A DNA stretch of 64,000 nucleotides from a virus (lineage: Duplodnaviria; Caudoviricetes). The notes beneath the pieces were generated by a model. It saw only the letters and a program-made list of their open reading frames with translations. It made no database searches and had not been told where the DNA came from. Each line of letters starts with the position of its first letter. Position 1 is the stretch's first letter. Where the stretch lies: positions 29,667 through 93,666 of the IMG/VR virus record IMGVR_UViG_2617271079_000001. One strand, given 5' to 3'. This document shows positions 7,444 to 18,109 of the stretch, piece after piece. Both the position numbers and the translations under genes were made by a program.

Positions 7444-10224
7444 GTGGCAATAAACTTAGGGGAGTTAAGAGCACGACTAACAATGGATGCACAAGAATTC
7501 ACTCGAAGAATGAGGGAAGCTCGTGGATCTCTTGAAGAAACAAGAAGTTCTACTTTGCGAGCTCGAGAAAGTTTTAGCAAGATGCAGACAGCCATGTTTG
7601 CGGTGGCGGCAGCTGTAGGAACTGGTCTTGGCGCTTCCATCAATGTTGCCCGTAACTTTGAAGAAGCCATGAGTCGTGTAAAAGCGATCAGCGGGGCCAC
7701 AGGAGACGAATTTGAAGCTCTAAAGGCAAAAGCTAAGGAACTGGGTGCAACTACTCAATTCTCGGCTACTGAAGCGGCACAAGGTATGGAATACCTCTCG
7801 ATGGCTGGTTTTAAAGTTAACGATATTATAGGCGCAATGCCTTCTGTGTTGAACTTAGCGGCGGCCGCGAAACTCGATCTCGGACGATCGGCTGATATTG
7901 TCTCAAACATCATGACTGGTTTTGGTGTTAAAGCAGAAGATGCCAGTGGAGCGGTTGATGTGCTCGTTAAAACAATGACAACTGCCAATACTGATCTTCC
8001 TCAGTTAGGAGATGCGATGAAGTATGTGGCGCCTGTAGCATCTTCCTTGGGATTATCCATTGAAGAAACAGCTGCAGCGGTGGCTAAAATGTCAGATGCC
8101 GGAATACAAGGTAGCCAGGCAGGTACTTCCTTACGTGCGGCTCTCCTTTCTCTTTCGAATCCTGTTGGCCAAACAGAAAAGGCAATGAACAGGCTAAACA
8201 TTGAAGTCTTGAACTCTGAAGGAAATATGAAATCATTACCTGAATTAATCGGTCATGTTTCTGAAAAAATGGAAGGCATGACTGACGCCCAAAAAACAGC
8301 TACTGCAGCTCAATTAGTTGGCACTGAAGCGGCGTCTGGTTTCGTAACTTTGCTTGGAGTCGGGGAAGACGCGCTCGCTGATTATACGAAAACCTTAGAA
8401 AACTCTGGGGGCACAGCGGAGAGGGTAGCGAAAACTCAGATGGAGAATCTCAACGGGGCACTGAAAGAACTTCAATCGGCGGCTGAAGGACTTGGGATTG
8501 AAATCGGAGAAGAACTCTTGCCTGTTATTACAGATTTTGTGAAATATGGCATTGATATTGTCCGAATGGTCCAGGATATGGACTCAGCGACTTTACAAGC
8601 CAATATTGCTTTTGTAGGAACTACTGCAGCCATTGGTGCAATCATCACGACACTTGTGAAGTTTGGCGTTGCGATAAGAGGGCTTTTTGTTTCTCTTGGT
8701 CCAGCAGGTTGGTTGATTGCAGGATTATCATTGCTCGGCGGAGCCATTGTGAGTGCAAATGTATACCAAAAGGAATTCAATGAAGTGAACTTAGAGAGTG
8801 TAAATGCTCTCCAGGAGCAAAAAGACAAACTGAGTGCCAACATCACTGAATATGAGAAATTAAGTAGCAAATCAAGGCTAACAAACGATGAGTTAGCACG
8901 CTTTGTAGATATTAATTCTGAACTAAACAAAACGGCAAATCCTGAAATAATTGCTCAGTTAAAAGAACAGCAACAATACCTTTACGAGAAATCTGGACTT
9001 TCAAATGATGAGTTAGATCGGATGATTACATTGAATGGCCAGATTGTAGAGGCGGTCCCTGAATCAAATACAGTTCTAACTGAGCAAGGTAATATCTTAC
9101 TTGATAATACAGATGCCGCTCGGGAGTTTAATGCTGAGCAAGTTGAAATGATTCGCCTGGAACTTGAAGCAAAGAGGACCAAACTAGAGGCGAATATGGA
9201 AGAAAATCTTCGCAAAGAGGAAGAAGCTCAAAAGGCCATTAATCGAGCGAAAGAACGCATGATCGAATTGGATCAGATGGAGAAAGACGAGATCGGTTTA
9301 ATTAGCCAATTAGAGGCGGACTTGGCTGCGGCTAAAGAAAGAGGAGATACCCTAGAAATTGATAGGCTAAACGAGACCATTGCTCTTCACAAAAATAAAT
9401 TATCCAGTATCGATAAACAACAAGCGGAACAAGCCGAGTTAGTTCTAGAAAAGGCAAAAGAAGTTGATAAAATTCAGCAAGAGATTGGAAAACTTGATAC
9501 CGTTAAGCAACAGATGGTGGAAATCGAGTTGAAGCAAGCAGGTATCAATGCCAAAAAAGGGGAAGAAATGCGTACCCTTGAAAATGAACTCGGTACGCTT
9601 TACCAACAAAAATCTGAGTTGGATAACATCAAGGATGCAGCCACTCGAAACACTGCTGAATATCGCCAAGCTAAAGCGGAAATTGAAGCGAAGATTGGAA
9701 AGCTTGAAGGTGTTCGTAGCAAGATCCAATCAATTATTGGCACTGCAGATGCAATGAACAGTCGTCTGGGTCAGTCAATAACTAAAAGAATCTATATTGA
9801 AGAATACGGAGCCAAATCTTATTCTCAGGCTAGAAGAGCATATGAGGGGGTCGGCGGAAGCCTTTATCATACAGGTGGGGTTGTAGGTATGCCGAGACTT
9901 CACACAGGCGGTATGGCTTCTCAGTTCGCTTCAGCACCTTCTCATAATGAAATCGATGTGAGGCTACTCAGGAACGAGACAGTTCTGACGGAGGCCCAAC
10001 AGTCTAACCTATTTAAAATGATTGACGCCGGTATGTCTCCAGGTGCCGATTCTGCAATGCGTGAAATGGCTATGGAGGTTTTAAATATTCTATCAAGCAT
10101 TAATCAAAACATTAAGAATAAAAGCGGAAATGTATATTTTGACAACAGAGCAGTGGGTAAGGTTCTAGAGCCTATCATTACCGAGTTCCAAAATTACAAA
10201 GCCCAGGATAAAAAAGCATTTTAA
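7444..10224 (+). CDS. Tail tape measure protein (TP901 family)
   Basis: 926 aa; FEEAMSRVKAISGAT...TQFSATEAAQGMEYLSMAG motif; coiled-coil C-terminal half. Confidence 0.93.
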   Translation: MAINLGELRARLTMDAQEFTRRMREARGSLEETRSSTLRARESFSKMQTAMFAVAAAVGTGLGASINVARNFEEAMSRVKAISGATGDEFEALKAKAKELGATTQFSATEAAQGMEYLSMAGFKVNDIIGAMPSVLNLAAAAKLDLGRSADIVSNIMTGFGVKAEDASGAVDVLVKTMTTANTDLPQLGDAMKYVAPVASSLGLSIEETAAAVAKMSDAGIQGSQAGTSLRAALLSLSNPVGQTEKAMNRLNIEVLNSEGNMKSLPELIGHVSEKMEGMTDAQKTATAAQLVGTEAASGFVTLLGVGEDALADYTKTLENSGGTAERVAKTQMENLNGALKELQSAAEGLGIEIGEELLPVITDFVKYGIDIVRMVQDMDSATLQANIAFVGTTAAIGAIITTLVKFGVAIRGLFVSLGPAGWLIAGLSLLGGAIVSANVYQKEFNEVNLESVNALQEQKDKLSANITEYEKLSSKSRLTNDELARFVDINSELNKTANPEIIAQLKEQQQYLYEKSGLSNDELDRMITLNGQIVEAVPESNTVLTEQGNILLDNTDAAREFNAEQVEMIRLELEAKRTKLEANMEENLRKEEEAQKAINRAKERMIELDQMEKDEIGLISQLEADLAAAKERGDTLEIDRLNETIALHKNKLSSIDKQQAEQAELVLEKAKEVDKIQQEIGKLDTVKQQMVEIELKQAGINAKKGEEMRTLENELGTLYQQKSELDNIKDAATRNTAEYRQAKAEIEAKIGKLEGVRSKIQSIIGTADAMNSRLGQSITKRIYIEEYGAKSYSQARRAYEGVGGSLYHTGGVVGMPRLHTGGMASQFASAPSHNEIDVRLLRNETVLTEAQQSNLFKMIDAGMSPGADSAMREMAMEVLNILSSINQNIKNKSGNVYFDNRAVGKVLEPIITEFQNYKAQDKKAF

Positions 10225-10236
10225 GGGGGGTTCAGG

Positions 10237-11649
10237 ATGCGATATAAGGACATACGTAAAGATTTTGTAATGGTCACTTACGTTGAACGCGATTATTGGC
10301 CAAATGTCACAAACAGTTTTCTTGAGTTCCCCGGAGGTGTTGGGGCAAAACTGAAATCAAGTGCACAAGGGGTACGAATGATAAAAGTTGGTTTGGAGGT
10401 CCAAGGAGATAGCAGGGAGGACTTACTTCTAAAAATGGAAGACCTTGCCGACTGGTTGGTTAGTGAGAAGGAAGAAGAGTTGGTTTTAGATGATGAACCT
10501 AGTCGAACTTACTTTGCCAAAGTGGATGGCAGTTTTAAGCCGACAGACGAGAATTGGACGGAGCTCGAAGGGGAAGTTACATTTCTTTGTCCTGATCCGT
10601 ATAAATATGGTCAGATTTTCACAAGGACATATGAAGACGTTTCTAAACCAATTGCTATCCAAAATCTAGGTTCTGCCGAAACGCCTCCAATATTCAAAAT
10701 TACTTTGAGTGGTCCAACCACATTTCTCGATATCATCGGAGAAAATGATTACATGAGAATTGGTCAACCGTATTCTGTTGATCAAACACCATTTAAAAAG
10801 TACGAAAGAATATGGTCAGTTGATGGCCTCACCATGACAGGATGGGGATCAGCTGGGTACACACCTGATGGAGGAAATAACTCTGGAACAATGAGTGTTG
10901 CAAACGGGAATTTTTATGCTTCTAATTACGGTAATGGGTCTAGTTGGCATGGCCCGGCAGTAGCCCAATCCATTGGTTCCGTTATTAGCGATTACAAAGT
11001 GACTGCTTACTTACATGTTGACGCTAACCCTTCTCAGCGTGCCAGGTCAGAAGTGTATTTGCTTGATCAATCAAGTAACATTATAGGCAAATTGGCAGCA
11101 GTTATGAGGAAGTCTACCGGTGAGGTTGAAATCGAGATCAATATAAGGAATGGACCTAACTCGAAATATATCCTATCTAAAGATTGGTTGTACCGAGACT
11201 TTTTTGGATATATCGACATAATCAAGGAGGGCACCAATTTTACTGTTTATATTGCCCAACAAGGAAACAATAATGGAATTTATACAAGACATAAAGAAGA
11301 CGACTCATTTCCTGATAATAACAATGAATTCCAAACGCCGTTGGCTGCTATAGGAATGCATCTCGCCACCCATAGTTCGTACGAGCCTTCACCAACTAAC
11401 TTTATCAGACGGATTGATGTTGAAAGAATCAACCAGCAGCCTGAAGGTGTCGAATATATAGGTGATGCTGGTGATATTTTCGAATTTAACCATAAGAGCA
11501 AGAAAATTTATAAAAATGGTGATTTGTTTTCCAAAAAGGACTTTGGCTCTCGCTTTTTTGATTTAAAAAAAGGATCAAATAAGTATGTCGTATATCCACC
11601 AAACGTAGTTGATCAATTGCGGATAGAGTGGAGGGAAAGGTACAAATGA
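10237..11649 (+). CDS. Distal tail protein (Dit) with inserted beta-rich domain
   Basis: LVLDDEPSRTYFAK, FLCPDPYKYG and C-terminal WRERY motifs; 470 aa. Confidence 0.85.
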   Translation: MRYKDIRKDFVMVTYVERDYWPNVTNSFLEFPGGVGAKLKSSAQGVRMIKVGLEVQGDSREDLLLKMEDLADWLVSEKEEELVLDDEPSRTYFAKVDGSFKPTDENWTELEGEVTFLCPDPYKYGQIFTRTYEDVSKPIAIQNLGSAETPPIFKITLSGPTTFLDIIGENDYMRIGQPYSVDQTPFKKYERIWSVDGLTMTGWGSAGYTPDGGNNSGTMSVANGNFYASNYGNGSSWHGPAVAQSIGSVISDYKVTAYLHVDANPSQRARSEVYLLDQSSNIIGKLAAVMRKSTGEVEIEINIRNGPNSKYILSKDWLYRDFFGYIDIIKEGTNFTVYIAQQGNNNGIYTRHKEDDSFPDNNNEFQTPLAAIGMHLATHSSYEPSPTNFIRRIDVERINQQPEGVEYIGDAGDIFEFNHKSKKIYKNGDLFSKKDFGSRFFDLKKGSNKYVVYPPNVVDQLRIEWRERYK

Positions 11650-13487
11650 TCATCAATATCTTGCATCACCAAAGAGACGAGATTATTGGGTGGGTGTCTG
11701 AGGTTTATGAAGACAGTCACAAACACTCTATCTTCAACGAGGAGACTTACTACTTTGAAGCTCCTTCCCAAATAGAGGATATGGACAAAATCTCTAAAAG
11801 GAATCGTCTCCTGATTAAAGGGGAAGATGATGAGTACAGAGAGTTCATTGTTCATCGTACAGTTGATGAAACAACGAAAGGTGTTAAAGAGGTTACTTCG
11901 AGAGGGTCTTTTGTAGATCTAAATAAACTCAAATGGATAGTGGGTCAGGTACGAGATGGCGAGACCGTGAAGAGTGCTGCAGAATACGTCTTGCTTGGCT
12001 TGCCGTGGAAGTTAGGAATTACAGAGTATAGCGGCATTAGAAAATGGACAATAGATAAACACATCGGTGCTTATGATGCGCTAAAAGAAATCGCGTCCTT
12101 GTTCGAATGTGAACTTCGTTTTCGCGTCTCTGTAAGTGGCTACAAAATAACCGGAAGGTATGTGGACTTCCTAAAGAAACAGGGGGCAGATCGTAATGAG
12201 GAAGTTGTTTTCGGAGATGACCTCTTAAATCTTAAGCGCATTGTGGATACAGATAATCTCATTACTGCTTTGAAGTGCATAGGTCCAGAGCAAGAGGACG
12301 GATCTCGCTTAGAGGTTACAGTTACAGATGATGCAGCTTACCAGAACTGGAACTATAAAGGTTACCATCTGGTCGGTTTGTACGAACCGAAGACTTCAAA
12401 CCGTGACATTACAGAAGAAGAGCTTGAGGATTTAGGTAAGACAGAGCTCAAAAAACGAATTAGCGCTGCCGTTGATTATGAAATTGAAGCGTCTGCTCTT
12501 GATGGCATCAAACGATTGGGTGACACCCTTAGAATAAAAGACGAACATTTCAACCCTCCGATTTACTTAGAATCGAGGGTTATTTATGTTGATCGCTCCA
12601 TTTTCGATAAAAGCAAGAAAACATTACGTTTAGGAGAGGTCATTGAATTTACTGAGGAAGAAATATTCAAGGACTGGAAGTACATGCAAACACTATATGG
12701 ATTCAAGCAAATTAAGTCACCTGTTCCTCCGGCAGGACGAACGAATTTGGAATGGATCCAAACGGGAACGGCTCAAGGAATTGGGATTTCTCATTATTGG
12801 GACTCCCTCGATGAGGTTTGGAGGAAAACAACACCTACGGAAGCGCCGGAAGTAAATTCTTATTCCCAAACAGATATTGATTCCAAAGACGTTAATGCTT
12901 ACGAAGGGGCCACAGTATATACCGACCAACGATTCACCAATGATGAAGTGTTAAGTAGCGTTGAAGTGACTCCAAGCGGAAATATTCTTCCTAAGAATGG
13001 GAAACGGATTACAACACAGCGGTTAGCAGCTGAGGACGAGCCTGCAGATGGGAATTATCTCAATGTAGAGGGCGGAAAGTTAGTCAGCTATAAGGATGGA
13101 TCTTCGAGAACCTTAATGAGCATGGGGGACACGATACCTAAAATAATTGATGGAAATAAACGTTATGCAGGAGGGCTAGAACCAGAAGCCTATGGCAAAA
13201 TGTTTTGTTATAGAAAAGAGTTTCTCATCCCCAGTGCCAGTCACCAATTAGGGGATGTGTACTCATATACAGTCACAATACCCGATTATACGCTCGTGGC
13301 CATTAGTGACGTCCTAGACTTTCAACTCACAACTGAAAGTGTACGATTTAGAGCTAATCTAAAACAAAATTCCTTTGTGACTGATGGAGTAGATTTAATG
13401 AGCTTCGATATAGAATTAACTCCTGAAGTAGCAATTAGCGGACCATTCACTATCCCTATTTATATAACCATAACTGGTACCAGATAG
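11646..13487 (+). CDS. Tail-associated (Tal/endopeptidase-family) baseplate hub protein
   Basis: Follows Dit; N-terminal ~400 aa homologous to 57091..; ECELRF and LGDTLRIKD motifs. Confidence 0.82.
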   Translation: MIINILHHQRDEIIGWVSEVYEDSHKHSIFNEETYYFEAPSQIEDMDKISKRNRLLIKGEDDEYREFIVHRTVDETTKGVKEVTSRGSFVDLNKLKWIVGQVRDGETVKSAAEYVLLGLPWKLGITEYSGIRKWTIDKHIGAYDALKEIASLFECELRFRVSVSGYKITGRYVDFLKKQGADRNEEVVFGDDLLNLKRIVDTDNLITALKCIGPEQEDGSRLEVTVTDDAAYQNWNYKGYHLVGLYEPKTSNRDITEEELEDLGKTELKKRISAAVDYEIEASALDGIKRLGDTLRIKDEHFNPPIYLESRVIYVDRSIFDKSKKTLRLGEVIEFTEEEIFKDWKYMQTLYGFKQIKSPVPPAGRTNLEWIQTGTAQGIGISHYWDSLDEVWRKTTPTEAPEVNSYSQTDIDSKDVNAYEGATVYTDQRFTNDEVLSSVEVTPSGNILPKNGKRITTQRLAAEDEPADGNYLNVEGGKLVSYKDGSSRTLMSMGDTIPKIIDGNKRYAGGLEPEAYGKMFCYRKEFLIPSASHQLGDVYSYTVTIPDYTLVAISDVLDFQLTTESVRFRANLKQNSFVTDGVDLMSFDIELTPEVAISGPFTIPIYITITGTR

Positions 13488-13498
13488 GAGGAAAAGAT

Positions 13499-13735
13499 TT
13501 GGTTAAATATGAGTGGATTGACAAACAAGAAGTCACGAAAAACGATATTGAAAAGTTCATATGTATTAAAGTAAGGTACTACAACGATGAAGGAACAATC
13601 AACATTACAGGGATTTGCGAAGTAAGTGGAGATGCTTCTGATGAAGAAATTGAGACTGCCATCGCAAATAGATATGCAGAAATTCAGCCGGTGGAACCTA
13701 GACAATACAAAACAGAAGGTGTTATAGGAGGGTGA
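13499..13735 (+). CDS. Small tail-module hypothetical protein
   Basis: 78-aa ORF with AGGAGG RBS. Confidence 0.6.
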   Translation: MVKYEWIDKQEVTKNDIEKFICIKVRYYNDEGTINITGICEVSGDASDEEIETAIANRYAEIQPVEPRQYKTEGVIGG

Positions 13736-13741
13736 TGTGAA

Positions 13742-15817
13742 ATGAGACTGGATAAACTCCATAATTTCTCCGGGATAAAACAGGGTGACACCAAGAGAGT
13801 GTTCCGCCTTCAAGCACTAGATGACGACGAATCACCCATTAGCCTTACTGGATATAACAGCGTAAAAGTGGTCATAGGTAACGATAAAGGAAAATTATTA
13901 GAGTTAACACCAACACTCGAAGCTCAAACGGGTGTTTTTTCTTTTTCTTTTGACGCTGATGATCTTATTGGCAATGGAGAAATGAAATTAGAACTTCATC
14001 TCTCTGATTCCAACGGGAAAGTTAATATCTTGCCGGAAAGAGGATATTACGAGTTTAAGGTGGAGAAAAGCCTCGATACACTTCAAGGAAGTAATGTTTC
14101 GAGTTACACCTTGAATTATTTTATGACTGAATTTGAAAAGAAAAATACAGTACTGCAAGACGTAGCTGATGAAGCTATTACTACTGCTAATCAAGCCAAA
14201 GAAACTTCTGACAGCGTAAGAACAGAACTGGATGCTGTAGTCGGGAGAGAAACAGATTCCGATGCTATGTCTCGCCAGGCAGCGGTCAATGCTTCAGGTG
14301 TTGATAAGGTAAATCTAAAGCAAAGACTTGATGATGATTACAACAAAGTTAATGAACTCTTGGCAGAAACGGTGAAAGAGCGTGGAGTCAATATATACAA
14401 GCATGAGGACACTATCCCAAATAAAAATGTAGCCGCAACACCTGCCGAATGGAATTGGACAACAGCGATACAACTTATACTTGACGCTGGTAAAGTCGTG
14501 TTGTTGCCTGAAGGGACATTTAGCCATCATTCCCTGAACTTATTGCCGGAAAGCGCCATTGTTGGTGTCGGTGTCCATAAGACGAAATTGAAATATCTCT
14601 CTTCAACAGGGAAAGCAATAAATGCCGTTGATTCTCCGAAATTTTTGTTAGCTAACTTTACTTTGATTGGTCAAGGTGGTTCGGCGACAGACACTGGAAA
14701 CGACGGTATTTTTGTTTCGTCTGCTAAAACATCCGAGGCTGAATACACGAACAGATCGTGGGTTATTCAAGGTATCCGCATCGAGTCATTTGGTGGAACG
14801 GCTTTTAACGTAGAAAAATGCATATCTCCGGGCGGTGCTTGGGGTCGTACCGGGCAATTAATGAACCTCCAAGCCTATAACTGTTATCGCGGATTCAAAT
14901 TCGGCATTCGTGGAGAGTACACGGAAAGCTTAAATCTGATGGCTTGGGCGTGTATATGGGGAATTGAAATCGCAGCCGGCAATACTAAAATCACAAACTC
15001 GCAGTTTGACGACAACGCAAATGGAGCTAAGTTAACCGGAGGAACGAATAATGGTCACGGGCAATTCATTGGATGCTCGTTTAACCACAATGACGGATAT
15101 TGTGTGTTATTGGATGGTGTTTCGTACGGTCATGTTTTCAATGGTTGTGCGTTTTATACCGGCGAACTTACGGTTAAAAGTTCAGCAGGGGTTATATTTG
15201 TTGGGGGCTTACTGGGTCCGAATAAAATAACACTTGATAGTAACACAGGCGCTACATTATTTGACGCTATGCATGTTAGGGAAGATTCTGTTTCTACGAT
15301 AAATAAAATCGGGACTAATATTTATAAATTCACCAACTGCATTGAACGAAACACTGGATTATCTAAACTGAACAACTACGACTGTACAGCGTTGATACTG
15401 AGAAGAAGCGCGAACGCAACATACACGGCGAGTCCCATCAAGGTGGCTATGACGGTTCGAGACTTAGAGGTATTCAGAGGTTACGACTACTCTTATCGTT
15501 ATTCTTCAAACCAATATACTGTCGGCGAGAAAGGTATTTATGAAATCGCCTTTTCGTTAGACTACTTAATTAGCAGTGGTTCCGGTGTTCAATTAGCACA
15601 GATTAATAAAAACGGAGCAGTCATCGCTTCTAGTCAATTAGCGCCAAAGACAGGGGGAGCAAGCGGAGTTGTAAAGACGACCGTTCTACTTGATGTTGGC
15701 GACATCGTATATCCTCAACTATCGGATACTGACATTGCGACAGGTACAAGGCAGGTAGTCGCTAGTCCAGAAACGTATTTTACTATGACGCTAGTGCAAC
15801 GTGTTCCTGCGGTTTAG
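13742..15817 (+). CDS. Receptor-binding tail spike: BppU-like N-terminus, right-handed beta-helix (pectate lyase-like), C-terminal beta-sandwich
   Basis: IKQGDT N-terminal motif; WTTAIQLILDAGKVVLLPEGTF beta-helix entry motif; Asn/Gly/Cys ladder repeats. Confidence 0.75.
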   Translation: MRLDKLHNFSGIKQGDTKRVFRLQALDDDESPISLTGYNSVKVVIGNDKGKLLELTPTLEAQTGVFSFSFDADDLIGNGEMKLELHLSDSNGKVNILPERGYYEFKVEKSLDTLQGSNVSSYTLNYFMTEFEKKNTVLQDVADEAITTANQAKETSDSVRTELDAVVGRETDSDAMSRQAAVNASGVDKVNLKQRLDDDYNKVNELLAETVKERGVNIYKHEDTIPNKNVAATPAEWNWTTAIQLILDAGKVVLLPEGTFSHHSLNLLPESAIVGVGVHKTKLKYLSSTGKAINAVDSPKFLLANFTLIGQGGSATDTGNDGIFVSSAKTSEAEYTNRSWVIQGIRIESFGGTAFNVEKCISPGGAWGRTGQLMNLQAYNCYRGFKFGIRGEYTESLNLMAWACIWGIEIAAGNTKITNSQFDDNANGAKLTGGTNNGHGQFIGCSFNHNDGYCVLLDGVSYGHVFNGCAFYTGELTVKSSAGVIFVGGLLGPNKITLDSNTGATLFDAMHVREDSVSTINKIGTNIYKFTNCIERNTGLSKLNNYDCTALILRRSANATYTASPIKVAMTVRDLEVFRGYDYSYRYSSNQYTVGEKGIYEIAFSLDYLISSGSGVQLAQINKNGAVIASSQLAPKTGGASGVVKTTVLLDVGDIVYPQLSDTDIATGTRQVVASPETYFTMTLVQRVPAV

Positions 15818-15887
15818 GACTATACTACGCAACAAACGGAGTGCCTCATCGCTAGCTCTATTTATGCCCACAAAAGGAGGAATGGAG

Positions 15888-16040
15888 ATGAAGAAGTTTG
15901 GATTTGTTTGTAGTTTATGTGGAAGTAAGGATATCACGATAATGGGCGGAGGGAGAATATATGATATAGAAATATCGTGTGATAATTGTTCAAATACCGC
16001 CCATCACTCCGACGAAGATTTTACGGAGAGGACACTATAG
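15888..16040 (+). CDS. Small zinc-ribbon protein
   Basis: CSLC...CDNC; AAGGAGG RBS before ATG 15888. Confidence 0.55.
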   Translation: MKKFGFVCSLCGSKDITIMGGGRIYDIEISCDNCSNTAHHSDEDFTERTL

Positions 16041-16098
16041 TTCATAAAAATCCCATCCCATCCCCCTCTATTTTGTTAGAATAAAATCAGAAAGGGGG

Positions 16099-16341
16099 AT
16101 GTCCATGATCGAGGTAATTCTAGACCACTCAACTGAGGAAGACTATTTTGTGATTTCATCTGTTTCAGTAAACATTAAAGATGAACAGGAAAAGGCACGA
16201 GTGAAAAAGGTGGTCGCAGATCACAATTTAGAAGGATCCCTAGTTGATGGTGACAGAGGATTGGCATTGAGAATTGCGGATGTTCTCGGAGTCAATGTTC
16301 AGCTTATCGACATTGATACCCAAGAAATCGATTTAATGTAA
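16099..16341 (+). CDS. Hypothetical acidic protein (moron-like)
   Basis: 80-aa ORF followed by hairpin terminators at ~16356-16430. Confidence 0.55.
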   Translation: MSMIEVILDHSTEEDYFVISSVSVNIKDEQEKARVKKVVADHNLEGSLVDGDRGLALRIADVLGVNVQLIDIDTQEIDLM

Positions 16342-16505
16342 TCAGAACAAAGGAAAAAGAGCATTCAGAATTTACCTGAGTGCTCTTTTTTATAGTTAAT
16401 ATGCTCCTTCAGGGGGCTTTTTTCTTTTTCCTAAAAGGAGGTGATGACTGACATGAAAATAGAGAGGGGGCGGTTTTATTGGGAACTTCAGGGGAGGAAG
16501 CAAAC

Positions 16506-16757
16506 ATGAACAACTATGAAAAAGATATTGTGGAAATGAAAAGCGATATAAAGCTACTTGAAAAAGAAGTAAGTGACCTTAAAACCACCACTACAAGGCA
16601 TGACGAGCAAATTACCACATTGAATAACACTTTAAAAAAGATTGATGACAATACTACTTGGATAAAGAGAACTATAATAGGGGCAATATTTACGGCAATC
16701 ACTTCTGGTGTAATCGGAGGAGCGATTGCTATTTTTTATGGATTTGTTCAAAAATGA
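16506..16757 (+). CDS. XhlA-family lysis protein
   Basis: Coiled coil plus IDDNTTWIKRTIIGA and a C-terminal TM; homologous to 61915..62202. Confidence 0.8.
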   Translation: MNNYEKDIVEMKSDIKLLEKEVSDLKTTTTRHDEQITTLNNTLKKIDDNTTWIKRTIIGAIFTAITSGVIGGAIAIFYGFVQK

Positions 16758-16772
16758 TGAGGAGGAATCACA

Positions 16773-17045
16773 TTGATCAACTGGAAAATCAGGTTTCTTA
16801 ATAAAACGTTTTTGCTGCAAGTGTTAGGAGCGCTATTCCTTCCCCTTTTGGCTTATCAGGGATTGGCCATGGAGGATCTAACCACGTGGTCATCAGTAGG
16901 AGAATTGTTCTTAAATGCGTTTACCAACCCATACTTATTAGCAATTACTGCCTGGTCGATTTTCAATGCAGTCACTGATCCAACTGTAAAAGGAATTGGT
17001 GATAGTCTTCAAGCCAAAGGTTACAAGGTACCTAAGGAAAAGTAA
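16773..17045 (+). CDS. Phage holin (phi LC3 family)
   Basis: MINWKIRFLNKTF...TDPTVKGIGDS motif, two TM segments. Confidence 0.88.
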   Translation: MINWKIRFLNKTFLLQVLGALFLPLLAYQGLAMEDLTTWSSVGELFLNAFTNPYLLAITAWSIFNAVTDPTVKGIGDSLQAKGYKVPKEK

Positions 17046-17092
17046 GAGCTGCCTTTTGGGTGGCTCTTTTATTTTGAAAGGAGAAGATTTAT

Positions 17093-17989
17093 ATGCCAAC
17101 AGTTATTCTAGATCCAGGGCATGGAACTGACACGTACGAGAATGGTGGAGGTAAAGGGGTTAAGGTAGGAGGGAAAGTTTACGAAGAACATGACTTTAAT
17201 TCTGATGTTGCCGTTCGAGTCGAGAAGATTCTAAAAGCACATGGAGTGAAAGTGGTATTTAGCCAAAAGCCTTATTCAAAGGATGTAAGTCTTACTTCCA
17301 GAACAAACCTAGCGAAAAGGATAATCCCGAATATGTTCGTTTCCCTCCACGCCAATGGGAGTTCTGATCCGGATGTTGAGGGTATTTGCGTATTTGCATG
17401 GGAAGGGGCAAAAAACTCTAATCGAATGGCTGATTTAGTTGTCAAACATATGAAAGAAGCCGGTATGAAAACACATGGGAGCGGAGAGCATGCGTCCACG
17501 TACAATTCTTGGACAAACCTTCACATCACTAGGGAGCTAGCAAAAGCGAATTTACCAGGAATCTTGATTGAACATGGATTTATGAATAATAAGGTGGACT
17601 TCGAGAACATCTTTGGTAAGAATGCCAATTCATATAGACAGAAATGTGCAATTGCCGATTCAAAAGCGATCCTTGAATACCTTGGGATCAAATACAAAGG
17701 AGAAGCTACAACTCAACAAAAACCAAAGGAGGAAGAAGAAGTGATAAAAATGGCGGTAGTGGTATATTCAGATGCAGATTTAAGCGTAGGGTATGATTTA
17801 GCGAACGAAAAGAAGTGTGGTCTTTACAACCGTAAGTCCCTAGCGAATGAAGCGCTGAAAATTAACGAGCTCATGGTTGTCGGCGGACCGGCGGAAGGAC
17901 TTGAGAAGAAGACCAACCGTGTCATTGATCTTTCTGGTACTGATCGGTGGGATACGCGCAAGAAGGTCATTCACTATCTAGGTAAGTAA
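17093..17989 (+). CDS. Endolysin, N-acetylmuramoyl-L-alanine amidase (Amidase_3) with CD27L-like C-terminal domain
   Basis: LDPGHG, E, SLHAN and LIEHGF zinc motifs; VVGG...GTDRWDT C-terminal domain. Confidence 0.92.
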   Translation: MPTVILDPGHGTDTYENGGGKGVKVGGKVYEEHDFNSDVAVRVEKILKAHGVKVVFSQKPYSKDVSLTSRTNLAKRIIPNMFVSLHANGSSDPDVEGICVFAWEGAKNSNRMADLVVKHMKEAGMKTHGSGEHASTYNSWTNLHITRELAKANLPGILIEHGFMNNKVDFENIFGKNANSYRQKCAIADSKAILEYLGIKYKGEATTQQKPKEEEEVIKMAVVVYSDADLSVGYDLANEKKCGLYNRKSLANEALKINELMVVGGPAEGLEKKTNRVIDLSGTDRWDTRKKVIHYLGK

Positions 17990-17994
17990 AAGTT

Positions 17995-18030
17995 TAGCCC
18001 TTCTCAATCGAGAGGGGCCTTTTCTTTTTC
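17995..18030. terminator. Terminator after lysis cassette
   Basis: GCCCTTCTC-AATC-GAGAGGGGC hairpin plus T-run. Confidence 0.7.
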
Positions 18031-18109
18031 TTCTTCCTTGATCAATTTTGACATTTTATTCACTGTGCAAATGATATCGTAAACTTTCTCCGGATCTAAT
18101 TCCATCTCT

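Noticed and set aside
18006-18105. Possible 33-aa minus-strand ORF (MELDPEKVYDIICTVNK...)
   Set aside because: Weak RBS and overlap with the terminator; insufficient support.
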